DNA of 64,000 nucleotides from the human T2T-CHM13v2.0 reference genome, Homo sapiens: positions 3,840,001 through 3,904,000 of the forward strand of contig CP086569.2 in assembly GCA_009914755.4 (NCBI GenBank), read 5' to 3'. Both the position numbers and the translations under genes were made by a program. Shown here piece after piece: positions 44,562-59,330 of this stretch. Below the pieces are notes generated by a model that worked only from the letters and a program-made list of their open reading frames with translations, ran no database searches and was not told the origin of the DNA. Each line of letters opens with the position of its first letter. The stretch's first letter is position 1.

Positions 44562-45074
44562 TGTGATGGTTATTATTGGTTGTTAACTTGACTGGATTGA
44601 AGGATGCCTATATGGTTGACAAAGTAATCTTTCCGGGTGTGTCTGGGTGTTGCCAGAGTAGATTGACTGACACCTGGGAGACGAAGACACCCTCAATGTG
44701 GGTGGGAAGCATCCAGTGCAAATAGAACAAAGCAGATGGTGAAAATGGGATAAAGAGCATGCTGAGTCTTCTCAAACTCTCTCTTTGCCTTTGATGGATG
44801 CTTTGCTTTCTTTCCTCCTGCTCTTGTACATCAGACTCCTCGTTCTTCAGGTTTTGAACTCCAAAATTTGCACCAGTGGCCTCCCAGGGACTCTCAGACT
44901 GAGATATACACTGTTAGCTTCCCTAGTTTTGAAGCTTTTGGATTTGGACTGAGCCACTACCAGCTTCCCTATTTCCCTAGTTTGCAGAGAGCCTATTGTG
45001 TAAGCCAATTCTCCCTAATAAACTTCCTTTTATAATATATATGTATTATTGTTTCTGTCCCTCTTGAGAACCCT
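44562..45074 (+). mobile_element. MLT2-type (ERVL) solo LTR
   Basis: tgtgatggttattattggttgttaacttgactggattgaaggatgcc...gtccctcttgagaaccctgattaactca. Homologous over its whole length to the two LTRs at 47768 and 53820. Flanking 5-mers cagat / cacat are a possible TSD. Confidence 0.75.
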
Positions 45075-46387
45075 GATTAACTCACACATGGTTCTAAACT
45101 TATAATGGTTCAATTTATAATTTTTTCATTTTATGATGGGTTTATCAGGGTATTAAATGCATGTTTGACCTCTGATATTTTCATCTTATGATGAGTTTAT
45201 TAGGACATAACCTCATCATAAATTAAGGAATATCTGTATATGAATATGATGTTTAAAGTGAGTACATTTAGATTCTGACCATTTATAAGTTTGGAAATAT
45301 CTGAGAAGAAGTAGGCTTATAATATCATTTCACTTATATCTTCTCATGATCACTGCCAAAAAACTTATCTATCAGAATAATGGGCCCTATATTTTAGACG
45401 TTTTAGTATTTTAAAAATTAATGGAGTCCAAATTTAACATGACATATACCAAATTCAATGATATTATGAGCATAATTTTGTGTATTTTGTTTTGATTTTA
45501 ATTTTAGCATTCTCTTGGAAATTTCTTGATAGTTATTCACTCCTCTTTTCCTCCCTGCGTACATTCTATATCTTAATACAAATTATTTTTGTATCACGAA
45601 TTCTAGAGGATCCGGGAAAGACAGCTAACTAGATGCAGCTGGGAAGTGCCAATCCCACAGAGAGAGACCACAATTTTTATTACACCAACACAATTTGAAC
45701 AGATCTTGAACTGAAAATGTCAAATGTGGATGGAGAAAAGGTGTGGACGCTGAGGCTGAAGAGGAAGGAAGTTGGGAACCCCGCATGGGGTGTCTGAGTG
45801 CTATGACTTGTTCCCAGTCCCAAATGATGCCTGGGAAGGGATGAGTGAAGGGAATGGGGGCTCCTCATCCTCACTTTGTACCTCTGGGATACTCAGTGCA
45901 GGGGAACCCACAGCCCCATAGACAAGTTGACAGCGGATCTCCCCAGAGATTATATTGAGGTGGAGCTGCAGCAGGTGAGAAGCCAGAGATGTTTGAGTTT
46001 GGGTCAGCTCTGGCGGAGGTTCGCCATAAGCTCCCACACCCCAGGGCTGCACATCTTACTCTGAGAGGTCCTGGGCACAGCTAAAACTGCCTAGGAAAAA
46101 GCAGGGCCTGTTTCCACACAGGACTGGGGAACATCTGTCTTTTAGGCCCATCCTCTCACTAGACCCTCCCAGAAATTCTGTCTTGCTGCCCCATTGGGGT
46201 GTGTATGCAATAGAGACTCCACTGCTCAGCCTGGTTGCTTTCTCCACCCGAGTGCATTCTGGTAGCCTGGGAGCCCTTTGGATCTCCCCACTGCATTTAG
46301 AATCTAACCCCAAGCATATGGGGGAGTAAGTTGCAAGCAGGTCCTGACACCCCAGGGCTGTGGCCTGCAGCTCAAACGTGCTGAGTT

Positions 46388-46802
<415 letters not shown>

Positions 46803-47282
46803 CTATTCTGGTAAGAGTGTGGCTTATTTTCCTACCACACCTCTCTCCAAGAAAGTCCCGTGTCCTGAAAAACATAACAACAATAAAATTGCAAGCACAG
46901 TGCCTGTGATTTGAGACGGCTTTCCAAAGGCCCACAAGGAAACCTGGTGAGGGGGTCACCTCTCTAGCCCTTACACCACATAACAGAGCTGAAAATATAA
47001 AGATACGCAATGAAACATCATGGCTGGGTAAGAGCCTATCTATTTCCCATTGCTCCCAAGAGCCATACACTGGATTGCTGCCAAAACTAGAACATCAAAA
47101 ATTACTAATAATTATGACACACTGTGAAACCGAGAGCAAAAATTCAATAACAAAGACCCTGCAGAGTCTTAGCTCTGTGAAAACTTCCAGAAATGAAACC
47201 AACTGAGTATACTCAATTTACACCACAATTAAGGCAATACTACCCTGCCCGACGAGAAAAAACAATGCAAGAACTCTGGCAA

Positions 47283-47316
47283 AAAACAAACAAACAAACA
47301 AACAAACAAACAAACA
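47283..47316. repeat. (CAAA)n microsatellite
   Basis: caaacaaacaaacaaacaaacaaacaaacag. Confidence 0.9.
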
Positions 47317-47415
47317 GGTTGTCCCCTTACCTCCAAATAAACCCACTAGATCCAGAGCAATGTTTCTTAACTAGTCTAAATTGTCTGAAATGATAGACAT
47401 AAAAATCCGACTGTT

Positions 47416-47791
<376 letters not shown>

Positions 47792-48244
47792 TCAACTTGA
47801 TTGGATTGAAGGATGAAAAGTATTGATCTTGGGTGGGTCTGTGAGGGTATTGCCAAAGGAAATTAACATTTGAGTCAGCAGGCCGGGAAGGCACACCAAC
47901 TCTTAATCCGGGTGGGCACCCTCTAATCAGCTGCCAGTGTGGCTAGAATATAAATCAGGCAGAAAAACGTGAAAAGACTAGACTGGCCTAGCCTCCCAAT
48001 CTACATCTTTCTCCAGTGCTGGACCCTTCCTGCCCTCAAATATCAGACTCCAAGTTATTCAGTTTTGAGACTCAGGCTGACTTTCCTTGCTCCTCAGCTT
48101 GCAGTCGGTATATTGTGGGATTGTGATTGTGATTGTGTGAGTTAATACTTAATAAACTCCCATATATGTATATATATATATATATATAGATATAAAACCT
48201 ATTAGCTCTGTCCCTCTAGAGAACCCTAACTAATTACAGATTTT

Positions 48245-48262
48245 GGTACCAGGAGTGTTTCT
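48245..48262 (+). other. Putative primer-binding site (tRNA-Leu-like) of the HERV-L provirus
   Basis: tggtaccaggagtgtttc lies immediately downstream of the 5' LTR. It resembles the TGG-initiated complement of a tRNA-Leu 3' end. Assigned from memory, not aligned. Confidence 0.35.
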
Positions 48263-48540
48263 AGAGGAACAGAATATTAAGTATGGACTTCTTTCATTGG
48301 TTTTGGGTTTCCTAGAGTTGGCTGCTTAAGATGATTAGACCCCAAAATACTAAGGACTGTATTTCTCATAGTATGGAGAACACTGATAGTCCTTGATGTG
48401 AACTGTCTAGAGAGTTATGCAAAATAAATGCATTTGGCACTCCTGATTCACTGCTCATGAGAAGCAAAGAGTTTAGTGACTCTATACGTAATATCTTTGA
48501 CCGTATGTGGAGAATCAAGGAACATAATGAAACTGGTTAA

Positions 48541-50100
48541 TTGCTCCTAAATTCAGTGTACAAAATGATGAAAGAAAATGATGAGCTCAGAGTTTCTAAC
48601 TCCTGGCTTCAGAAGCAGATACTTAGCCTCAAATCTGCTAAGATTACCCTGAGTGAGAGTCTTAACTCCTGTAGAGAAAGAGCTGAAATTGTGAAAAAAC
48701 AGACACAAGCTCTTATCATGCGAGTGGCTGACCTGCAGCAAAAGGTGCATGCAAAACCTTGCCATGTGTCTACTGTTAAATTGAGGGCATTGACTGAAAA
48801 AGAATGGGACCCTGCAACATGGAATGGGAACGTGTGGGAGGACACTGACGAAGTGGGGGACACCGAGTTTGTAAACTTTCATGAAGCTTTTTTGCCAGAA
48901 GGAACAGCTTACCCATCCGCAGTAGTGGCAACATCCACCCCCGCCCCCACCCCATCCATGCTGTCATCAGTGTTTCCAACTTTGAGGAGATAAACCCTGA
49001 ACTGCCTGAAGCAGCAGTGATGGTCTCCCCTGAGCCAGTGGCCAGACCAGATAATGTTGATTCTCCTCAGGAGCCACCCCAAACACCCCTGTTTGCTTCT
49101 AGACCTATAACTAGACTAAAGTCCCGGTAAGCCCCTAAAGGTGAGGTTCAGAGTGTTACCCATGAGGAGGTGCACTGCACACAAAAAGAATTGCTTGAGT
49201 TTTCTAATTTATATAAAGAGAAATCTGGAGAACAGGCATGGGAATAGACATTGAGGGTGTGGGATAATGGTAGAAGGAACATAGAGTTGAATCAGGCTGA
49301 ATTTCTTGATTTGGGCCCACTAAGTAGGGATTCTGCATTTAATTTTGCAGCTCAAGGAGTTGAAAAAGCTTCTAATAGTTTATTTGCTTGGTTAGCTGAA
49401 ATGTGGATTTAAAGGTAGCCCACTGTGAGCGAGCTGAAAATGCCTGATTTTCTCCCTTGGTTTAATGTAAAGGAAGGGATCCAAAGGCTTAGGGAGATTG
49501 GGATGGTGGATTAGTCACTTTAGACCTACTCATTCCAATAGGGAGGGTCCAGAAGATGTACCCTTGACCAATGCCTTGCAAAATAGATTCGTGAGGGCAG
49601 CACCTGCATCACCAAAGGGCATGTAATCATTCCTCTCTGTATGTCAGATCTAACAACAAGAAGAACAGTAACTCAACTACAAAATTTAAACACAATGGAA
49701 ATAATTGGATCACAAGGCTGCAGGGACAAAGCGGCAGCACTCAACCATCAAAGGCAAGGTGGGTGTAGCTACCATAATGGACAGCAGAGGCAAAGAAGCA
49801 ATTAGAATAGTCTTACTCATGTAGAGCTCTGGGATTGGCTAATTAATCACGGTGTTCCTAGAAGTGAAATTGATAGGAAGCCTACTGAATTCCTAGTTAA
49901 CTTATATAAGCAGAAAACATCTAGGTCAAATACACAAAAGACTGACTTGAATTATAAAAAAGATTCATGGCCCCTCAATGAATTTCCAGACTTGAGCCAG
50001 TTTACACACCCAGAACCCCCTGAATGAAGGAGAAGCCAGGTCCCCTTGAAGAAGGACCCCACTACACTACCGACAATTTATGCTGTTAATGTTTCTCCCA
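48541..50100 (+). pseudogene. HERV-L gag remnant, multiple frameshifts
   Basis: ORF 48541-48993 (150 aa, coiled-coil-like N-terminus) starts ~300 nt after the PBS. The reading frame continues in other frames through 50100 before the protease motif. Confidence 0.5.
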
Positions 50101-53100
50101 TCTTTCCCCAAGGAGACCTCTGGCCTTTTACCAGGGTAACTGTGCACTGGGGAAAGGAAAATGATCAGACATTTTAGGGACTACTGGACACTGACTCTGA
50201 GCTAACATAAATTCCAGGAGACCCAAAACATCATTGTGGTTCTTCAGTTAAAGTAAGGGCTTATGGATGTCAGGTAGTTAATGGAGTTTTAGCTCAGGTT
50301 CAACTTACAGTAGGTCCAGTAGGTACACAGACTCATCCTGTGGTCATTTCCCCAGTGCCAGAATGCATAATTGGAATAGACATACTTAGCAGCTGTCAGA
50401 ACCCCCACATTGGCTCTCTGACTGGTAAGGTGAGGGCTATTATAGTGGGAAAGGTCAAATTGAAGCCATTAGAGCTGCCTCTACCTCACAAAATAGTAAA
50501 ACAAAAACAATATTTCATCCCCAGAGGGATTGTGGAGATAAGTACCACCATCAAGGACTTGGAAGATGCAGGAGTGGTGATTCCCACCACATCCCTGTTC
50601 AACTCTCCCATTTGCTTTGTGCAGAAGACAGATGGATCCTGGAGAATGACAGTGAATTATCATAAGCTTAACCAAGTGCTGAATTCAATTGCAGTTGCTG
50701 TACCAGATGTGGTTTCATTGTTTGAGCAAATTAACCCATCTCCTGGTACCTGATATGCAGCCATTGACTTGACAAATGTGTTTTTCTCCATGCCTGTCTA
50801 TAAGTCCCACCAGAAGCAATTTACCTTCAGCTGGCAAGGCCAGCAATATACCTTTACTGTCCTACCTCACAGGTATAAAAACTCTCTGACTTTGTGTCAT
50901 AATCTTATTTGGAGAGACCTTCATTGCTTTTCACTTTCACAAGATATCACACTGGTACCTTATATTGATGACATTATGCTGATTGGGTCCAGTGCACAAG
51001 AAGTAGCTAGCACACTGGACTTATTGGTGAGATATTTGCGTGGAAGAGAATGGGAAACAGATTTGACTAAATTTCAGGGACCTTTGACCTCAGTAAAATG
51101 TGTGGGGCCTGTCAAGATATTATTTCTAAGGTGAAGGATAAGTTGCTGTATTTGGCCCCTCCTACAACCAAGAAAGATACAAAGCTGAGTGGGCTTATTT
51201 GGATTTTGGAGGTAACAGATTCCTCAGTTGGGTGTGTTACTCCAGCCCATTTATTGAGTGACCTGAAAGGCTGCCAGTTTTGAGTGAGGTCCAGAATAGG
51301 AGAAGGCTCTGCAACAGGTCCAGGCTGCCATGCAAGCTGCTCTGCCACTTGAGCCATGTGACTCTGCAGATTCAATGGTGCTTGGGGTATCAGTGGCAGA
51401 TAGAGAGGCTGTTTCGAGCCTCTGGCATTCCTCCATAGGTGAATCACAGCAGAGGCCTCTAGGATTTTGAAGCAAGGCCCTGAAATCTTCTGCAGATAAC
51501 TACTCTCCTTTTGAGAGACAGCTCTTGGCCTGTTACTGGGCTTTGGTGGAAACTGAATGTTTGACTATGGGCCATCAAGTCACCATGAGACCTGAACTGC
51601 CTGAAACGAACTTGGTGCTTTCTGACCCATCAAACCATAAAGTGGGTCATGCACAGCAGCATTCTATCATCAAATGGAAGTAGTATATATGTGATTGGGC
51701 TCTGGCAGATCCTGAAGGCACAAGTTATATGAGGAAGTGGCTCAAATGCCCATGTTTTCCACTTATGCCGCCCTGCCTTCTCTCCCTCAGCCTGCACCGA
51801 TGGCCTCATGAGGAGTTCCCTATGATCAGTTGAAAGAGCAAGAGAAGACTAGGGCCTGGTTCACAAATGGTTCTGCATGATATGCAGGTACCACCAGAAA
51901 GTGGACAGCTGCAGCACTACAGCCCCTTTCTAGGACTTGCCTGAAGGACAGCGGTGAAGGGAAATCTTCCCAGTGAGCAGAATTTCAAGCAGTGCAGCTG
52001 GTTGTGCACTTTTCATGGAAGGAGAAATGGCCAGATGTGTGATTATATACTGACTCATGGGCTCTAGCCATTGGTTTGACTGGATGGCCAGGGACTTGAA
52101 AGAAGCAATCTTGGAAAATTGTTGGCAAAGAAATTTGGGTAAGAATTATGTGGATGGACCTTTCTGAGTGGTCAAAAACTGAAGACATTTGTATCCATAT
52201 GAGTGCTCACCAATGGGTGATCTCAGCAGAGGAAGATTTTCATAATTAATTGGATAGGATGACCCATTCTGTGGACATCACTCAGCCTCTTTACCCAGCC
52301 ACCCCTGTATTGCCCAATGGGCACATGAATAAAGTGGCCATGGTGGCAGGGATGGAGGTTATACATGGGCTCAGCCACATGGACTTCCAGTTACCCAGGC
52401 TGACCTGGCTATGGCCAAGTGCCCAGTTTGTCAGCAGCAGACACCAACACTGAGCCCTGGATATGGCACGATTCCTCAGGGTGATCAGCCAGCTACCTGG
52501 TGGCAGGTTGATTATATTGGACCTCTTCCATAATAGAAAGGGCAGAGGTTTGTCCCCACTGGAATGGACACTTATTCTGGATATGGATTTGCCTATCCTG
52601 CACACAATGCTTCTGCCAAGACTACCGTCTGTGGACTCACGGCATGCATTATCCACCATCATGGTATTCCACACAACATTGCCTCTGATCAAGGCATGCA
52701 CTTTACATCTAAAGAAGTGCAACAATGGACTCACGCTTGAGGAATCCACTGATCTTACCGTGTGCCATCATCCTGAGACAGCTAGATTGATAGAACGGTG
52801 GAATGGCCTTTTGAAGTCACAATTACAATGCCAACTAGGTGACAATACTTTGCAGGGCTGGGGCAAAGTTCTCCAGAAGGCCCTGTATGCTCTGAATCAG
52901 CATCCAATACATGGTATTATTTCTCCCATAGCAAGGATTCGTGAGTCCAGGAATCAAGGGGTGGAAGTGGAAGGGGCACCACTCACTATGACCCCTAGTG
53001 ACTCACTAGCAAAATTTTTGCTTCCTGTTCCTGTGACATTACATTCTGCTGACCCAGAGGTCTTAGCTCCAGAGGGAGGTATTCTGCCACCAAAAGAAAC

Positions 53101-53440
53101 AACAATGATTCCATTAAACTGGAAGTTAAGATTGCCACCTGGACACTCTGGGCTCCCCCTACCTTTAAGTCAAAAGGCTAAGAAGGGAGTTACAGTGTTG
53201 GCTGGGGTAAATGACCCAGAATATCAAGGTGAAACCAGTCTACTACTCCACAAGGGAGGTAAGGAAGAGTATACATGGAATACAGGAGATCTATTAGGGC
53301 ATCTGTTGGTGTTAACATGCTCTATGGTTAAGCTCAATGGGAAACTACAACAGCCCAATCCAGGGAGAACTACTAATAGCCCAGACCCTTTAGGAATGAA
53401 GGTTTGGGTCACTCCACCAGGAAAAAAACCATGACCTGCT
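50100..53440 (+). pseudogene. HERV-L pro-pol remnant (protease, RT, RNase H, integrase, dUTPase). Frameshifted with stops.
   Basis: ORF 50340-50753 (...CIIGIDILS...; thumb/connection region). ORF 50769-51134 contains LVPYIDDIMLIGS (the RT YXDD box). An alternate frame at 52440-52760 gives WWQVDYIGPLP...DTYSGYGFAYPAHNASAKTTV..GLTACIIHHHGIPHNIASDQGMHFTSKEVQQW (integrase core). ORF 52463-53434 ends with dUTPase motifs: PPGHSGLPL, GVNDPEYQGETSLLLHKGGKEEY, GDLLGHLLVL. Confidence 0.85.
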
Positions 53441-54194
53441 GAGGTGCTTGCTGAAGGCAAAAGGAATACAGAATGGACAGTAGAAGAAGTTAGTCATCAA
53501 TACCAGTTACTGTTACATGACCAGCTGCAGAAATGGGGACTCTGATTTTCATGACTATTTTCTCTTTCTTTTGTTAAAAACATGTTTGTGAATGTATGCA
53601 CTTCTACTAAGAAAATATTTTCCTTTTTGTTTCCTTTCTCCTTTATCATGTGACATAAGATTTATTAACTTCATATCAGCATTTAAGTATTGTTAACTTT
53701 ATGTAATAGCATTTGGGTTGGGGATTGGTGCATTTCCAGTTGTATGAAGGATAAATATATTATGTTAGGCATAAATATGACCATAACGTGTATGGTTTCA
53801 AGTTGACAAGGGATGAACTTGTGATTGTTAATACTGAGTGTCAACTTGTTTGGATTGAAGGATGCAAAGTATTGATCCTGCGTGTGTTCGTGAGGGTTTT
53901 GCCAAAGGAGATTAACATTTGAGTCAGTGGGCTGGGAAAAGTACCCCCACCCTTAGTCTGGGTGGACACCTTCTAATTAGCTGCCAGGGCAGCTGGAATA
54001 TAAAGCAGGCAGAAAAATGTGAAAAGACTAGACTGGCCTAACCTCCCAGCCTACATCTTTCTCCAGTGCTGGATGCTTCCTTCTCTCAAACATTGGACCC
54101 GAAGTTCTTCAGTTTTGGGACTTGGATTGGCATTACTTGCTCCTCAGTTTGCAGATGGCCTATTGTGGGACCTTGTGATCGTATGAGTTAATAC

Positions 54195-54410
54195 TTAATA
54201 ATATCTCATATATATAGATATATATATCTTATATCTATATATATAGGATAGATCCTATATCTATATATATCGATATATATATCTTATATCTATATATTGA
54301 TATATAATATATATCGATATATATAGATATAGGATCTCTCCTATATCTATATATTATATATATTATATATCTCTATATAAGGATGTATATATATATCTTA
54401 TTAATTTTGT
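54195..54410. repeat. Expanded (TATA/GATA/TATC)n microsatellite inside the 3' LTR
   Basis: Runs of atatatagatatatatatcttatatctatatat... The orthologous stretch in the 5' LTR (48160-48195) is only ~35 bp. Confidence 0.85.
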
Positions 54411-54437
54411 CCCTCTAGAGAACCCTAATACAAAACT

Positions 54438-57400
54438 CTATCCAAAAAAGCCAAGTAATTCATTAAAACAATTCAGTATTTGAAAGATGAAATACTCATT
54501 TTATAAAAGACCCAAACTGAACTTCTTGGGTTAAAAAAATCACTAAAAGAATTGTATAATACAATCAGTGTTATTAAAGGAAGAGTAGATCAAGCTAAGA
54601 AAAAATGCTCAGAGCTTGACGACCGGTTCTTTAAATCAGCTCAGTAAGACAAAAGTAAAGAATGAAGAAAATTGAACAAAACCTCTGATAAATAATGGAT
54701 TATGTAAAGAGATAAAATCTATGATTCATTGGCATTCCTGAGAGAGAAGAAGAGAGAATAAGAAGCCTGGAAAATATATGTGGGAGAATAGTACATAAAA
54801 ATTTTCATAAACCTGATAGAGAGCTTGGCATGCAAGTCCAAGAAATACAGAGAGCCTCAACCAGAAACTGTAAAAGATGACCCTCCCAAAGGCACATAGT
54901 CATCAAGTTCACCAAGGTCAATGCAAAGAAAAAGATCTTAAAGGCAGCTAGAGAGAAGGGTCAGGTTATATACAGACAGAACTCCATATGGCTACCATCA
55001 GATCTCTCAGCAGAAACCTTATAAGCCAGAAAAGATTGGGGGCCTAGCTTCAGTGCCCTTAAAGAAAAGAAATTCCACCCAAGTATTTCATATCCTGCCA
55101 AACTAAGCTTCATAAGTGAAGGAGAAATAAAAGCTTTCTCTGACAAGCAAATGCTGAGGAAATACAATTTCAAATAAGAATAGCCTCATAAAAGGTCCTT
55201 AAAGGAGTGCTAAACATAGATTAAAAAGAACAACAACAACAAAGACACACTTAAGCACACAGCCCACATACATTATAAAGTAACTGTGTAATAAAGTCTA
55301 CATAGCAACCAGCTAACAACACAATGACAGGATCACAATCACACATATCACACTAACCTTCAATTTAAATGAACTGAACGCCTCACTTAAAAACATAGAG
55401 TGGGAAACTGAATAAAAATACAAGAACCAACCATCTGTTGTTTTTAAGAGACCCTTCTCACATGTAAAGAAACTCACAGGCTACAAGTAAAATTGTGGAG
55501 TAAGATATATCATGCAAATAGAAAACAAAAAAAGAGCTATTCTTATGTCAGATAAAACAGAATTTAAACTAATAAAAATTAAGAAGGATCATGAAGGGCA
55601 TTACATAATGATAAATAGTACAATCCAGCAAGAAACTTTAACGATCTTTAGTGTATATACACCAAACATTGGAGAACACAGATTCATAAAACAACTTCTT
55701 GGTGTATGAAAAAAAAAAACAAAAAACAGACAACCAAACTATAATAGTGGAAGATTTTAACACCACAGTGATAGGATTACAATAAATAATTGTGGCAAAA
55801 ATCTAACAAAGAAACTCTGGACTTAAACTTGACACTTGACCAATTGGACCTAATAAACACCTATAGAAACTCTACCCAACAGCCGCAGAATATACATTCA
55901 TCTTATCTGCACACAGAATATAGTCTAATATTCGCCACCTACTCAGTCATAAAGCAAGCCTGAATAAATGCAAAACAAATTGAAATCATATCAAGCACAC
56001 TCTTGCATCCCAGTGCAATAAAAATATACATCAATATAAATAAGATCTCTCAAAACTATAAAAATGCATGAAAATTAAACAAGTTATTCATGAATATCTA
56101 CTTAGGGAACATTGAAATTTAAACTTAAATACAAAACTTCCTTGAAATTAATAAAAATAAGCACACAACTTACCAAAATCTCTGAGATGCAGGCCAAGTA
56201 GTGTTAAAAGGAAAGTTTATATCTCTAAATGCATTCATCAAGATGTTAGAAAGATCTCAAATTAATAGTCTAACTTTGCACCTAAAGAAACTACAGAAAA
56301 ATGAACAAATCAACCCCAAAGCTACCAGAATAAAAGAAATAACTAAAATTAGATAAGAACTAAATGAAATTGAGATGCAAAAATTCATTAAAAATATCAA
56401 TGAAACCAATAATCGTTTCTTCAAAAAAATAAAAAACATTGATAGGCCCTTAGCTAGATTAATAAAGAACATGAAAGAGAAGATCCAAATAAGCACAATA
56501 AGAAATGACGAAGGTGATAATAAAACTGATCCCATAGAAATACAAAAGATACTCAGAGACTACTACGAACAACTCTATGCACACAAATTAAAAAATCTAA
56601 AGGAAATGGATACATTCTTGGAAGTGCACAATCTTATAAAATTGAATAAGGAAGAGATTAAACTCCAAATAGACCAATGAAAACTTCTAAAATTGAATCA
56701 GTAATAAATAACCTACCAACCAAATAAAAACCCCAGTAACAGATGAATTCACAGATGAATCCTATCAGACATAGAATGATCTGACACCAATCCTACTGAA
56801 ACTATTCCAAAAAATTGAGGAAGAGGTTCTCCTCGTTAACTCATTCTATGAAGGCAGCATCGGCCTGATACCAAAATCCTGCACAATGAAAAATTAAAAT
56901 TTTACACCAATATGCCTCATGAAAATATGCACAAAATTCACAATAAAATACCAGCAAATTGAATGCAACAGCACATCAAAAAGTTAACACAACACAATCA
57001 GGTGGGCTTATTTCTGGGACGCAAGTCTGATTCAACAGGTGCAAATCAATAAATGTGTTTAACCATACAAACAGAATTAAAAATCATATGGATTATCTCA
57101 ATTGACAGAGTAAAAGCTTTCAGTAAAAATCAAAATCCACTTATGATATAAACCCTCAAAAACTAGGCATTGAATGAACATACCTCAAAACAATAATAAC
57201 CATCCACAACAAACTCACGGCCAACATCATACTAAATGAGCAAAAACTGGAAGCTTTTCTCTTGAGAACTGGAGCAAGACAGGGATGCCTACTCTCATTC
57301 CTGCTGTTCAGTATAGTATTGGAAGTCCTAAGCAGAACAATCAAGCAAGGAAAGAAATAAAATGCACCTGAATATTAAAAGAAAAAGTGAAACTATCTCT

Positions 57401-59330
57401 CTTTGCAGACAATGTGACTCTGTACCTAAAAAATCCTAAACGCTCTGCCAAAAAGATCCCAGAACTAATAAACAACTTTAGTAAAGTTTCTGGATATAAA
57501 ATTAATGTACAAAAATTCGTAGCATTTCTTTCTACTGGCAACATCCAGACTAAAAGTGAAATCAAGAACACAATCTCACTTACAATAGCCACAAACAAAA
57601 TGAAATACGGAAAAATTCAGCTAATTAGGTGAAAGATCTCTACAAAGAGAAGTGCAAAACACTGCTGAATGAATTCAAAGATAACAAAACTAAATGGAAA
57701 AACATTCCATGCTCACAAATTAGAAAAATCAATATTATAAAAATGGCCATATAGCCCAAAGAAATGTACAGATTTAATACTATTCCTATCAAACAATCAA
57801 CATCATTTTTCACAGGATTAGAAAACTAATCTAAAATGAATATAAAGCCAAAAAACAGCCCTAATATCCAAAACAATCCCAAGCAAAAAGTACAAAGCTG
57901 GAGGCATCACACTACCCATCTTCAAACTATACTAGAAAGCCACAGTAACCAAAACAGCTTGGTGCCGATACAAAAATGGACACATAGACCAATGGAAAAG
58001 AATAGAAAACTCAGAAATAAAGCTGAACACCTGCAGCCATCTGATCTTTAGTGAGACTGAGCAAGAGAAGCAATGGGGAACAGACATCCTATTCAATAAA
58101 TGGTACTGGGATAACTGGCTAGCCATATACAGAAGATTGAAACTAGATCTCCATGTTTTACCATATACAAAAATTAACTCAAAATGGCTTAAATGAAGGG
58201 CCTCAAACTATAAAAATCCTGAAAAACAACCTAGGAAATACTCCTTTTCATATTTTCCTTGCCAAAGAATTTATGGCTGAGTCTTCAAAAGCAATTGCAA
58301 CAAAAACAGAAATTTACAAAAGGGATACAGTTAAACTGAAGAGCTTCTGAACAGCAAAAGAAACCATCGACAGAGTAAACAGACAACCTACAGAATGGGA
58401 GAAAATATTTGCAAACTATGTATCTAACAAATGTCTAATATCCAGAATCCATGAGAAACTCAAACAAATCCGAAAGCAAAAAACAAATAACCCCACTTTT
58501 TTTTAAATGGGCAAAAGACATGAAGAGACATTCCTCAAAAGAAGATATGCAAGTGGCCAACAAACAAACAAACAAAAAAGTGCTCAACATCACTAATTAT
58601 TAGAAATTTAAATCGAAAGCACAATAAGATACCATCTCACATCAGTCAGAATGGCCACTGATAAAAAGTCAAGAAACAACACTCTGGCCGGGCTGTGGAA
58701 AAATGGGAACAAATATACCATGTTGGTGGGAAAGTAAATTAGTCCAGTCACTGTGGGAAAACATCTAGAGATTTCTTAAAAAACTTAGAGCTACCATTTG
58801 ATCCAGCAATTCCATTATTGGGTATATACCGAAGATAAAATAAATCATTCTATCAAAAAGACACGTATTCTCTTATGTTCATTGTTTTGCTATTCACAAT
58901 AGCAGACATGGACTCAACCTGGGTGCCCATCAATGACAGGTTGGATAAAGAAAATGTGGTCCATATACACCATGGAATACTATGCAGCCACAAAAAAAGG
59001 TTGAAATCATGTATTTTGTGGCAACTTGGATAGAGCTGGAAGCCATAATCTTAAACAAATTAAGAACAGAAAACCAAATACTGCATGTTCTTACTTATAA
59101 GTGGGAGCTAAACATGGAACACACATGGACAAAATTATGGGAAAACCAGACACTGTGGAATACTAGAGGGTGGAGGGAGGGGTTTCCTGGTTAAAAACCA
59201 CCTATTGGGTACTATGATCACTACCTAGGTGATGAGACCCACACTCCAAACCTCAGCATCATATAACATTCCCATGTAACATATCTGTACATAGACTCAT
59301 TATATCTAAAATGAAAGTTGAGAAAACTTA
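54438..59330 (+). mobile_element. Old LINE-1 (L1M/L1PB-like): ORF1 from the coiled-coil region onward, complete but degenerate ORF2, 3'UTR. Host element of the HERV-L insertion.
   Basis: 54440-55200 reads as ORF1 with frameshifts (...TELLGLKKSLKELYNTISVIKGRVDQAKEKCSELDDR...). ORFs 55512-55709 (EN), 56375-56680 (...[62 protein letters not shown]...) and 57387-57632 (LSLFADN..LYL.NP......[23 protein letters not shown]...EI) are L1 ORF2. The 3' end is ...acctcagcatcatataacattcccatgtaacatatctgtacat.... Confidence 0.85.

Noticed and set aside
48541-48993. 150-aa ORF with coiled-coil-like sequence as a cellular exon
   Set aside because: It lies ~300 nt downstream of the proviral PBS, in the position of the gag N-terminus, and continues in shifted frames as gag. 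It is not supported as an independent gene.
50160-50200. Protease active site reading LLDTDSE (DTD instead of DTG/DSG) as a functional novelty
   Set aside because: A single reading of a decayed provirus. It is most likely a point mutation in a dead gene and carries no functional implication.
52463-53434. 323-aa ORF, the longest in the window, as a candidate novel protein-coding gene
   Set aside because: It is the integrase C-terminus plus dUTPase domain of the HERV-L pol. It is embedded in a provirus whose upstream pol frames are broken by frameshifts and stops.
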